From contig OZ024740.1 in assembly GCA_964016885.1 (NCBI GenBank), positions 347,820,001 through 347,884,000 of the forward strand: 64,000 nt of DNA. Reading direction: 5' to 3'. The translations under genes and the position numbers were made by a program. The notes under the pieces were generated by a model that did no database searches, was not told the DNA's origin, and was given only the letters and a program-made list of their open reading frames with translations. Position 1 is the first letter of the stretch. Each line of letters starts with the position of its first letter. Source of the DNA: Eledone cirrhosa (Eukaryota). Of this stretch, positions 27,859-40,892 are shown piece after piece.

Positions 27859-29452
27859 AATAGGTAAACAAAAACAACAACACAATCGGTACAGTATATG
27901 GATGGTCAAACCATATTCTTAGAAATAGTTAAAGTCACTGTAGGAAAAACGGCAAAAATGTAAAAACCAACAATTCATTCTTTAGCTTACCGTATTTAGC
28001 CTTACTGGTCTTACAAACCGAGATTTAAAAAAAGGGTTCAGATTTCCATCAAGCTCATTTCTAAGTAGATTACAAAATCAGCAGTGGCAAACAATGACAA
28101 CACGAATAATGGAGTCCCCTACTACACCGAATTCCATCTCATTCTTTCAGAGTTAATGTGATGTTGTATCTAGCATTACATTATGCAATATATCCTGTCT
28201 TTCTTATAGCGTACGTAAAAACTAAAATAAAATCTGGTTGTTATTTCCAACAGTTCAAACGTAAGGATAGCAAAATACCATGACCCATTAGATAGTGTGA
28301 ACATTTACGTAAATTGTATTTAGTGTATCTATGGCAAAACAATGTTGCTGAGGCCGTATGCATGCAAGCCTCAAATAAGGGAATTAAATTAATAAATATC
28401 CAAAGCAAACGAAATACTTGTCATTTATAAAGCGCTGTATTGGATCAATGAATGATCCTCACCGTAGTTACCCAGTTGTCCATAAAATGAACAACACATT
28501 GCATTATGTAGTTCAAAATACAATGTCTGAAAAAATAAATACTGCTTAATCTTTGTTAGTCTGCCTTTAATAATGAGTCTGCTCAGTCAGCTCTATCTTT
28601 AATTTAAACAATAACAGGAATAACAAGCTGTGCTGGACCACTTTTACAGATAAGTCGTTTGAACCAATTTTTTCTGTTGAGACTAACCGAAAAGATAAAA
28701 AAAGACGCACACATTATCAAGGAAAAACAATACTTCTATACACGTTTTTTGGTTTCTCTATTAAGTTTGAAGGGGTGAGATTTTAATTGATTTTTCGCTT
28801 GATGATCAAATCGTAAAGTAAGATTTTGAAATTTTTCTCTTATTAAACTATAACCAGTTTGTTTTTCTTTCTTAAATGCCATTCAAATTAATTAACAAAT
28901 CGTATGAATTCATACGTGTTACTTTCATTGTACACAGAAAGAATTCAAATTAATATTTGGCAATAAATTATTAATATTCACAAAAATGTGCCAAAACAAG
29001 TAAACAATGTAAAGAATAGACCCTTTTTGTAATATTGCAATATAATTTTCTTCAGATATATATTCCTATGATGCGGTTTAGTTTTGCTTTCATTTGTTTC
29101 TCCCATTTTTCAGAAAAGATGAATTAGGATTCGTTGCAATGAACATTTGCTGTTTGATTTTATTGGCTTTAAACATTAATATTCCGATTATTTCCCCTCC
29201 GAAAATCGATTATTGAATATTTATCTCATTAAGTCCATATTTAAAGATTTATGCTGTTTCACTTTTATTCGAAAGGAAGAGAAAGGATTAAAATAGAAAA
29301 CCTATTTATAGCAATTCATAAAAGATAATTGTGGACGAAAGATTAGGATAAAGAATATATTTACTAAAATATACTTGGTAAAAGCATACGACCCTCACAA
29401 CTATATCTGTCTGTCTGTCTCTCTGTCTGTTTGTCTATCTATCTATCTATCT

Positions 29453-32400
29453 AATCATATTCATTCAGAAGGATAGACTCTACGGGAGTCTATCCATTCT
29501 CATGAAGGACAGGGACACGGCAGCGAAACTGTCAATAAAACCAATCACATCCACCGCATACACCTTCTACCCTACGTACATGGGTAGAAGGACACAAAAA
29601 AATAAAAATTCACACCATCCTTCCGATTATGGACATATGGTGGGTATTGACAGGTTTCCTGGACCTAGACGACGACACATTAATATACATGGGAAAGGCA
29701 TCGGGTGACGCGTTCAGTGGAACGGGCCTCGAACTTGTAGTTCAAATGAGGCCCGAAAGGATCGCCCAGATCCCTGAACGCGTCATACTGGATGATCAAA
29801 CTTTTATTAACATTACCGTTGAGGGTAGGCGGCCCTCGTGTTACCTTTGTGGAGCCAGAGGTCAGCTGAGGGCTGTCTGTCCTCAACTTAAAAAGAAAAC
29901 CCCAATCCTGCCTACACCCCAACAACTGCACAACCAACACAATCACCACAACCACCACTACAAAAAGAACAACCACAGCTCAAACGAAAACAAAACACTG
30001 TCCAACCCATCCTCCCCACTCAAGAAAAAATAATTTCCAAAACACCCGCACCGCAAACACAACCCGAAAATCTACCCCTCCCCTCCAACACGGAAGATGA
30101 CCCCCGTTCGTCGTCAGACGAGGAGGAGCACTTCCACACAATAAAAAAAAAAAAGAAAACACACCTCAGACACACAAATGAAAACAACCCCTCCCCAAAA
30201 CATAACACATACACCAACACAAAAAAGCACACAACAACAGCAAACAAAAAACACCAAACAAAAACAAAAACATGCATACACATACATAAACACAAGAAAT
30301 AAAAAACTGCTAAACATTGTATACAACAACAATTTAGTGAAAAACCAAGGGCCTAACTTCACCCAGGCAGGGGATTTCACCCACCTCAAAATGATTAAGG
30401 CCCCAGAGGACACATACAAAACGCTAACAAAGAACTTTAAAGAGGACGTGTCCCCCCCCCCCCCCCCCTGCGTCGGGCCCATTAACCGCGTCCTCCTAAA
30501 AAATTTCCCCACCTCCTCCCCAAACTCCCACACAACTCCAAACACCCCAACCACACAACAGACTGACGCCCCTACACTTCCACAAACAACAACTCCACCC
30601 AACAACCCATCCCCCACCCTCATAGAAATTGTGCAGCCCAATACCCGGGACGCAGAGAGGTAAGTGCCTTTTCTCTTCACCACCAACATGGCTATGCTGC
30701 GAGTAGGTTGTCAAAATGCGCGTGACCTGGGCTCAACTTGGAAGCAAGCAATGCTTCTAAGTGACCTCAAGTCACAACGTATAGATGTGATGGTTATTTG
30801 CGAGGCCCGGATCAGCAACGTGCGACAGCTAGCCCCCACCTTTGACGACTTTGAGATGCACGCATCTCTCTGTCAGCCCGGAGGTGGGGGTCGGGTTGTC
30901 GTTCTGCTGCAAAAACATCTGGGTCTCGCAACACAGACGGTACATTTGGACCCGGAGGGTCGACTAGTGGTACTGGACCTTGGCAGTGGTGAAAGCGGAG
31001 CGTTTAGGCTGGTAGCCGTCTACGGCCCTTTCGGGTCAACGCGGCCGGACTTCTTCCATCGCCTGGAGACTTTTCTAGGGACGTCCCACTCCTTGCTATT
31101 AGTGGGGGACTGGAATGGTATCCTAATGCACGTTGGGACTACGTAGGGGCCTGTCCCGATAGAGAGGGGTGTAACAGCCTCAAAGGGTTAATCGCCCGAT
31201 TTGACCTGGCCGATTTGACCTGGCCGATAGATATCGACTAGATTTTCCGACTGCGCCAACCTGGACTTGGGAAAACCGTAGCGGATCATCTAGGTCGTAC
31301 CTAGATAGGTTCTTAGTTAGAAATATGGATAAGGACTTTTTAAGTTGTCCAGAAATGTTCATGGTTGGGTATTCAGACCACAAGTTAGTGACCTGCATGG
31401 TCAACCTTGACAGAACGCATAGACAGGGACCCGGTTACTGGAAGCTCAACTTGTCCTTACCGGCAAGTAAGGCTTACAGGGACCGGATTAGCACTTTAGT
31501 TAAGGAGCGGTTGACGGGCGCCATCGTCAACAGCAGGTGGTGGGGATCTCTCAAAAGAGAGATTAGAGTAGTCTCTATAGAATTTAGTAAGGAGTTAGCC
31601 TCAAATAGAAATAGGAAGGAAAGGGAGTTGGTAGATAGTGTAGAAGAGGCAATTAGAAGCGGCGACGTGGCCAGAGTGCTAGCGTCGAGAACGGCCCTTC
31701 TGTATGTAATGACTCTAGAGCCACTGCTGCGGAAATTGGAGTTGTTGCAGGGCATCCCTTTGGAACCGGCATTACGGAAAGCGGTGTCGGCCTACGCCGA
31801 TGGCGTAACAGTAATGGTGTCGACGGCCTCGGAAATTGGGGCGATCGGCACCTACTGGAGGAGTACAAAAGGTTTACAGGGGCCAAGCTGAACCGGGACA
31901 AGTCGATCGGTTTGCAACTCGGCACGTGAAGGGGCAAATCGATGCCCTCCGATGGCGTCGTCGGGCGCTGGACGGAGGGGCCGGTGAAGTTGTTCGGGGT
32001 CTGGTTCGGACCAGACCTCCAGGTGGAGAACTGGGGTGAGGTAACGAAAAGGGTGTTTGCACTGACCCAGAAGTGGGCCGAGTGCAAACTGTCCCTGAAA
32101 GGTCGGCCGGAGGTGGCGAACACTTATATAGCGTCCGTCATCTACTACCGCCTGACCGCCGTGCCTTGCCCAAGGGAAACGCTCGCCAAAATGGAGCGCG
32201 CACTCTTCCAATTCCTTTGGAAGAAGCGGGCTCCAATGGTGAGGAGATCCATCTGCTGTCAACACCCTTTGAAAGGAGGGCTGGGGATGCTGTGGCTGCT
32301 GATGCGTAAACACGCATTAAGGCTACGGCACCTCCAGGTATTCCTCACCGGTCAACCGGCGTGCGCCCCGTTTGTGAGGCGAGCCTTTCCAAGACTCGTC

Positions 32401-33437
32401 TCGCTCACCGAGCAGCAATCCTGGGTCAAGCAAAGACCGAGAAAACTGGGCGCCTGGCACACCGAGTGTGCCCAGGCGCTCACGGCTCTCTGGCATGCGG
32501 ACCCGGCTGTCAGTGGAGAATCAACCTCGTCATTCTATAGAGGTCTGGTGGTTACCAGGTGTGATGACCAACTCGGAGAAGCCATAGGCATGGAGGAAAA
32601 CGAACTGGCCAACCTGTTCGGTAGGAAATTCAGCCCGGGACCTATGGATAACTTCCAGACGTCCCTGGCCTAGCAGTGCTACCGAGGGGCTTTGCCCGTT
32701 CGAGAAAGCCTCTACAGGCACGGGCGCCCGGGTAGGGACCCTCGAAAAAGATCTGTCCCAGATGCGTGAGCGACTAGGAAACCGTTGCACACGCATTGGT
32801 ACACTGCTCGGGCATTGCCGATCTGTGGGGCTATGTCGAACGACTGCTGTCACGGGTGGGACCGATCCGGTTGACCACCGAGTCTATTGTAACGATCAAG
32901 CCGCCTCCCCTCTTCAAAAACGAAGGAGAGGCGGTGTTTCTGTGCGTAATAGCCATGGTGAAAGCGGTTGTATGGTGGACGCGTCTGAAAGGACTGAGGT
33001 CAGACACCTTTCTCTCTGGCCAACAACTGGTCCGTTTCTTCGGATATCATTTCGGAAGAATGATCAGGATGGAGAGAGAGGTGCTGCACCCCAGCCGTTT
33101 TTATGAAAGATGGGTGAAAGTGGCGAGAATGGCCCGTGTGAATCGGCCTTCACTCTACATCAGACTGTAGGTGAGAAAGATGAAAGATCAAGGGCGCACC
33201 CTCTCTCTGTGCTCCTGAGGAGAAGGGTCGCACACTTATTTCGGGGGTGTGTGCGACCCCCAAGGCGTCTCCTCCCTATTGAGGATTTTGTTATTCAATT
33301 TATTTTTGTTATATTTTATCTTTTATATTTTTATATTTAGTTATTGCCTCCTCCTTATTGAGGACGCCTTTTTATGTAAACTCCCCCCATTGTACTGGTC
33401 CAACTCTTTGATGCCCTGGTAGCAAATAAAAAGAAAG
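29453..33437 (+). mobile_element. Tx1/L1-clade non-LTR retrotransposon, degenerate and internally deleted
   Basis: ORF1 knuckle CYLCGARGQLRAVC. ORF2 AP endonuclease motifs VGCQNAR, LLVGDWN, YLDRFL, SDHKLV, GPGYWKLN; RT remnant LYVMTLEPLL...SAYADG; GGLG motif. AATAAA at the 3' end. (TATC)n on both sides. Confidence 0.88.
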
Positions 33438-34962
33438 TTATCTATCTATCTTACTCGCTCTTCGTCTCTCTCTCTCTCTCTTTATCTCGTTCTCTTTTCT
33501 CCTGTTTCTATTTAGGTCCTCAATTTAGATCCTCATGCCTCTGAAGTTGTTCTCATGCAGTTACACTTATTGTGGCATCATCAACATATTAAACATTCAG
33601 TTATCGAGGTAGATCAGTTCTTTGTTCTGGTATAGAGTCTATCTAGTCTATATAGAATGCCGCCTGCTAAATGTGAAATCTAAATACCATGAGAGGCTAC
33701 CTATTGTAAGTCTTTACATTGATGAGAGGCAGAGGAAAATGATCGTCAGGGCAATAACGCATCCTTGCTACACTCATGTTCTCACTACAAACAGATATTT
33801 TGCACAGACAGTAAACACATTTCGGCTCTTTGGTTATGCAAAGACTGCGTAATTGCGATGGGGTTTTATGAGCAGCCAAGTCTAGTTAGCACTTTCCTTA
33901 CATCTACAAAATAAGATGCCCTGCTAAGGTGAAAGCAAATCATGTACATCAGTATGACGTAACCAAATCATTTCTACTCTAACTGGCAGGCAAAACGATT
34001 TGCAAAGTCGAAAACCGAATTAAAATTCATGTAGGTGTGTATTCGAGAGTAGGAAATATTGGTTGAGCAGGATTTAGCCACATTGTACCAGTTGTTGAGG
34101 AGGGATATATTCATCCACTATCAAATTATTCTCTTTTATTGAAGACTATTATCAGATTTTTTTCCTTTGAGGTCAGTCACACAAAAAGACACGAGAACAA
34201 GATATTTGCAGAAGAAAATAGTATGAAAATTTATATTACTTTACTAGGAAATTGATGTAAGTTTGAAAATTTGAAATGTATTTGCTTTTATTCGGCCAAA
34301 AGCGGCTACACTACATAACATAGTCAAATAAATCGGAGAAATTACCTTCTGAGACGGAACAACGAGGTAAATGGAAATTAAATCTAAACTTACATATCTC
34401 AACCATAACTACATCAGACTCACGTACATCGTTATCATTTAGGGGAAGAGTTGCGTGATATACATATACAATTAAGCATGGCCTTACATTTTTCTCTGTC
34501 TGTTTTTACAAGCTAGTTATTCGTTTGAAACCCTCTATAGATCTGAGCAGTGTTAAAACTTTTGTCCTAGGAGAAAAGGATGTTTTAATCGCACTGAAAA
34601 AAACCTGTAATGTCCAGTATATCACCTATTTACTAGATTCCAAGTGCTTTATAAAACCTATCGTTTCTCTTCAATGCACAATTTGATTCCGGAGTACAAC
34701 CTGCACAAAGCTTTCTTTTGCGCTCGTTATTCTAATTTTCGTTGAAGTGAAAAGGCGCTCTTTTACAGTTGATTTCAGTATTACTATCGTCAACACAATT
34801 TGTCTCTTCCCCCTTTCTCTATACCTACACACACACACACACACACATACATATATATATATTTAATGTAATGTATATCTAATAAGTTAGTTTCTTCTCC
34901 CCCCACACTCTCTTTATCCCCCTTCTCTCTCTCTATCCCTCTGTATACACACACACGCACGT

Positions 34963-35153
<191 letters not shown>

Positions 35154-35196
35154 TTTTATATATTTTATATATTTTTTCCCACAAACATATAATCGA

Positions 35197-35362
35197 TCTA
35201 TATACTACTAAAACTCTGTAATACAACCAAAAGGGCGCATAATGGGAAAATACTTTGAAAGGAAGAAGGACCCTGAAATGGGAATACAAATTGAATAAAA
35301 CAAGTTTCGCGTAAATCGGAGCATGTGTTCTCGAGATATAGGGTTTTTCCGGGTATCTTCAT

Positions 35363-35448
<86 letters not shown>

Positions 35449-35788
35449 GTTGGTGTTGTTGTGTATATATATATATATATATGAGTGTGTGTCTATGCAT
35501 ATATATATGTGTGTATATGTGTGTGTGTCTATGACCAGTGTATATAGATCACAGACACCCACATATATATACACACACACATACATATATATATGTAAAT
35601 ACACACACATTTATATATATATATATATATATACATACACACACGTATATATATGGGCATTCCAGTTTCATTTCGCATTATAAACATGTCTGTGTATATT
35701 TTAATTATTTAAGAATTATTTTTAAGTGAACATGATTTAAAAAAAATATTTTTAAGTGAACGTGATCCAACGGTCACAGGTGGTCTAG
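35197..35788 (+). mobile_element. Non-autonomous Helitron (same family as 4179-4675)
   Basis: A|TCTATATACTACTAAAA start, shared internal sequence, GTGA/TCAC hairpin, CTAG end. Confidence 0.75.
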
Positions 35789-36296
35789 CATCTACTAAAA
35801 TAAAATTGTATACATAAACATAAAGATCAATTGTATACGAAATTAGTAATTTAATGTTTTTTCTTTATTATATAATTACATTATTACTTTAGTACTTCGA
35901 ATATATTTTTTGTATAGTATCTAATTTAATCTAATAAAGGTTATAAATAAATAGACTAACGGTAAATATTGGTTTTTGTTTTGATTTTTATTACCAATCT
36001 GGTAACATCATACTCTTGCCAGTTCAAAAACTTCAATACCAACTGTAATATTTCTCCCACTCATATAATATCTTCTGTGTTGAGGTTTTTCCAAAGTATA
36101 TGCTTGCCGGCCACGGATCTGAACAGCTCGTCTAACCGCCTGAATATCAAATGATTTCTACATCTCCTGTGGATTTTATCTAAAGAGAACAAGTTTTGGT
36201 TTATGTTATTCATAACCCTTGCATCTTCGAAATACGTATAATAAAATAAATTAGGATGGACTGAAGTAACTGTCTTTCGTTTATTATCATTATTAA

Positions 36297-36700
36297 TCGG
36301 TAGAGGGTCGGACGCCATGCTTTGCAGCATAGAGATACGTCCATATACGGACTGAGTTCAAATCCCGCCGAGGTTAACTTTGCCTTTCATCCTTACGGGG
36401 TCAATAAAATAAAGTACCAGTCACGCACTGGATCGAATTAATCGACTTCCCTTCCCCCCCAAAAAAAAATTGCTGGCCTCATGCCTATATAAGAAACCAT
36501 TATTATTATTATTTGGTGGATTGGCAGTATCGGTAGAGGGTCGGACGCCATGCTTTGCAACACAGAGTTATGTCCCTTTACGGACTGAGTTCAAATCCCG
36601 CCGAGGTTAATTTTGCCTTTCATCCTTACGGGGTCGATAAAATAAAGTACCAGTAATGCACTGGTTGATTGCTGGCCTTGTGCCAAAAGTAGAAACAAAT
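36297..36700 (+). mobile_element. Two tandem SINE copies (long-tail then short-tail variant)
   Basis: About 36297-36510 and 36514-36700. Confidence 0.85.
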
Positions 36701-36750
36701 TTATCCTTATCGAGCCCTCTTTGGATTTTAGTTTTCAAATTTATTATCAT

Positions 36751-36795
<45 letters not shown>

Positions 36796-36802
36796 CAGCC
36801 AA

Positions 36803-37133
36803 CAGAGTGAGCCTTGGTTTACGAAGGCCTCTTATCACGAGCAAATTAGTTCAGGAATACTTTCTTCCCGAGCATTAAACGTCTCGAGTGATGAACAGTG
36901 TATTGAGTAACGAATACGCAAGCCGGCAACGATAAGCTGGGAGTATCGTCGGGAAAAGCGTCATTTGATGTATAGTTAATTGCTATGGTAATATGTATCT
37001 GTCTTTCACACACAGTCTCTCACTCTGTTTCTCTCTGAACATTTTATATGAAACACATCGTTTCGGATTACGAAATTTCGTGTAACGAACGTTCTACATA
37101 AACGAATTATGGTCGTGAACCGAGGTTCCACTG
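36803..37133. mobile_element. Tigger/pogo-like MITE, degenerate
   Basis: Right end TCGTGAACCGAGGTTCCACTG. Left end CAGAGTGAGCCTTGGTTTACGA is a diverged inverted match. Confidence 0.5.
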
Positions 37134-38556
37134 TGTGTGTGTATATATATATATATATGTATATGGGGTGGGGGGTGGGTGAAATATGCCAACGATGAAA
37201 GCAACAATATGGTACAAAGTTGATAATATATATTAATTTAACGCTTGGTATATAAGGAATGATGTTTAAACGATTTGGACCTTAGTCCTTCATCGGAAGA
37301 TATAATGGGAGATAGAAGAAGAACTAGAAACATAGATGTGACTTAAAAAAGAAACGGAAATATATTTTACAAGATGTTTCCATGTATATTGTCATCTGTT
37401 TATTTCCTTAAATTAATAATATCAACAAATGAAAACATTTGATTTCAAGATTTGTTTATTTTTCATGTATTATGTAAAACTGATTTCTTTGGTGGCGCCA
37501 AGTAACAATGAAGTGTCAAAATAAGAAGTTTTATGAAATTTTCTACACTGAAGCATGCTACACAATGGCTATAAACGAGGTAAATATATCTCATTCTATG
37601 CACGTCCACAATCTTTAAGCCGATGACGAAGGAAATGTAGCTTTACAAAATTAAAATATAGAGAAACATTCTACATGTCAGCTTAACTTAGGCTATTGAA
37701 TGTTTATTAAATTCTGCAAGTGCAAAGAAATCTTAAATGATATATCCAATATTCAAAATCCAGTCTAAAACTACCGACAAAATCTATAAAGATACAAACA
37801 GAGTGAGTGAAACAGAGTGGGAGAGAGAAAACAAAAATAAATAAATAAAATGAATGTTATCAATTATTATTTTCCATTTTTGCTAGTAAAAATGCTACGA
37901 TGTTATTATGAATATGATGGATTGACGATTTAAAACAATTCAACAAAGAATATGGATGGATGCTTATAAAATGAACTAGGTATTTCATTTTTAGGATTCG
38001 ATAAAATTGTATTTTTGAGTTTGAAAGAAAATTAATGATTTCCTTTTGAAACAAAGACCAGAAATTTCTTTGAAACTGAGGCATTTAAAATGCTCCCTGA
38101 TTTTCACCGTTATCTAATTAAGTGGGATGTAAGTTGAATGGTTGCTTGAGAGAATGTCAGTGGATTGCATTTGAGACTACGAGATTTGGATATTTCTGAC
38201 ATCCACATGAACTGATTAAATCTACAATTAAATGCCTCCAAATAAATTTGTAATCCAATGAACAATACTGCTGTCGTTAATAAGTATCAAGCGAGCCAAA
38301 CATCGCCTCTAGATATTATAAAGGTGAGATTGCCATAGGAGTGTTTGGGGTTAATGTTTATCATATATTGCTGGGCCTTCGCTCTAAGAGCAACTGGTTT
38401 TCGGAACAGCGCCAATTTTGACATCCTCTGCGCGTGGATATAGACACAGATAAACATCCATTTACATTCTTATAAATTCACACGAACACAATATATACAC
38501 ACACACAGACACAAATACGCACATACACACACACACACATATATATATAATATATA

Positions 38557-38630
<74 letters not shown>

Positions 38631-38769
38631 TTAGAAAATAGAGAGATCCCAAGCCACTGTCGATTGTTTGGAGAATTTTGTAAAATAAACATAGACGGAA
38701 ACAGCCACCAGCAGCAGCTACGAAAATTCCTGCACTGTACCTATCAAATTCCGTTTAATTTCTCTAAAT

Positions 38770-38917
38770 CATGATTTCAAGAACTTTTTCAAACGGGGAA
38801 CCCTTTTTGGTTCAGAAAATTTTTGGGGAACCATAACGTCTAATACTGTTACATGGTCGTAATATACTCTTTTTCAGAACATTTGGGTTACGGAGAACCG
38901 ACTTTGGGAGCCACTGC
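38770..38917. mobile_element. Possible short hAT-type MITE remnant
   Basis: Right end TTTGGGAGCCACTG resembles hAT/Charlie TIRs. The left TIR is poorly preserved. Confidence 0.35.
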
Positions 38918-39039
38918 TCTAAACCATTCAGCTAAACGACCCCTAATTAAAAATCTTCCGTCTTACATAGAAAAATAAACGAACAGCATCGGCAGCTTAT
39001 TTTCGAATGTTATTTACAGACTGTTGTTCATTTAACTGT

Positions 39040-39880
39040 CTATTTAAGCCGTACGTTGTCACTCATATGTGGCAAGTAGCGTATATATCTGGAACAGCAG
39101 CTAAGCAATGGCAATCGGGAATGATAACCCCAATTTTCAAAAAAGGAAAAAAAGAGAGATTGCTCCAATTATATAGGGGTCTCCTTGTTAAGCCTGCCCT
39201 CTAATGTCTATAACTGTCTGGCAGGGAGATTGTCGTGTCCAAGCTAGCTGATGTAATGTGTGTATGCGTGTTCCACAGACCCGAAAAGGTATATGACCGC
39301 ATTCGACAGGATATATTGTGGAAGGTTATGCAGAAATATGGGATCGATGGACAGCTTCTGGTTGTCTTAAAGTCTTTCATACGAATGCCCTAGTATTTGT
39401 GTTCGCATAAATAGTGCTGGTAGAAGCCATTCAATGTGTGTTTCGAACTCCGCCATGGGTGGGTACTGTCAAATATCGTGTTCATAATCTTCATGGACAG
39501 GATTGACATGCGCAGCCGGGTTGGAAGTGACATCAGGAATAGCGTGTGTAGCATCAATGGGTAGGTGTAAATGTCAAACTCGTTATCTTCAATTCGATAT
39601 TCGTTCAAACCCTTACACATGGTAATGAATCTTGTGGAATGACTGAAAGAATACAACCGCAAATAGAAGTGGCCGAAATGGAGCTCCTCTGAAGGGTCAA
39701 TAGAATAAGGTTACACGACAGAGTGCACATTTCGGAGACATGGAATTACTCCAAATAGAGCCGATACTTCTCCGAATAGAAATGTGACAGCTCCGATACT
39801 ACGGACATGTGGTCAGAATGCCTAAGGACACAATCCCTGGACAGATTTTAAAAGTAAAACTAATCGGCAAAAGACCCTTT
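39040..39880 (+). mobile_element. Decayed RTE-type LINE fragment
   Basis: WQSGMITPIFKKG, then frameshifted RT and C-terminal remnants (QLRYYGHVVRMP). Confidence 0.7.
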
Positions 39881-39885
39881 AATTA

Positions 39886-40478
39886 TCTATATAATAAGAC
39901 TGAGGATGTCTGTCTGTGTGTGTGTGTGAGTTTGAATCCCTAAAACTAGAGAACCACCCAACCGACTGTTTTCAAACTTTACACATGTAATACTTATGTT
40001 TCATGGGGTGTTCTGAGCAAAGAAAATTTCAAATTTTCAATGCCCTAGGGACCGTATTAGGTGATTTAGCGACCTCTCTCTATAATTCTTAGTCTTTCTC
40101 TTTTTAGATAGATACATATATATAACGTCGCGCCCTTATAACATCTGTCTGTATGTCTGGCTGTCTGCATTACGTCACTTCCTACAATTCGCTCTGCGTC
40201 CAGAACACGCCCGTATAATATCTGTCTGTATGTCTGGCTGTCTGCTGCCTCCGGTTATTCTGCCACCATTGCTCAAGACAAATCTCACACTCATTCCCCA
40301 AACAGTTGGTAAGTGCACACAACTTCTTCCTCACGTTTTAAGCCACAGTGTTGCTTACTTACGTACCACCAGACCCTTACTTCTTTGCCAGTCGTGGTTG
40401 TGGCAATACTAAGCTTAGCTAAGGCGGTTATATATTTCACAATACATTATCCTGTGCAACGCCGGGTACCACTGCTAG
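39886..40478 (+). mobile_element. Non-autonomous Helitron, different family
   Basis: A|TCTATATAATAAG start followed by (GTCT)/(GT) repeats. 3' end CCTGTGCAACGCCGGG...CTAG|T. Confidence 0.62.
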
Positions 40479-40583
40479 TACATACTAATCTTTAACTAGA
40501 CATACACTCTACTTTCATAAGAATTGAGTACTTAGCTGAGTATGGTCTTACAACGCTAACTGGTAACTCCCAATCTTTCTCTT

Positions 40584-40680
<97 letters not shown>

Positions 40681-40780
40681 CGAACATATACGTTGGGCAG
40701 GTGTATAGACGGAAAATGTGATCAGCACCTTGTACGAAGTTCATAGCTCTCAAATTCCGGCTAAGTAACACCCAATCTAC

Positions 40781-40854
<74 letters not shown>

Positions 40855-40856
40855 AG

Positions 40857-40892
<36 letters not shown>

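Noticed and set aside
37261-37300. Minus-strand CCGATGA-AGGAC(TAAG)GTCC-AAATCG hammerhead-like relic
   Set aside because: GAAA is lost, the core is altered and there is no convincing stem I.
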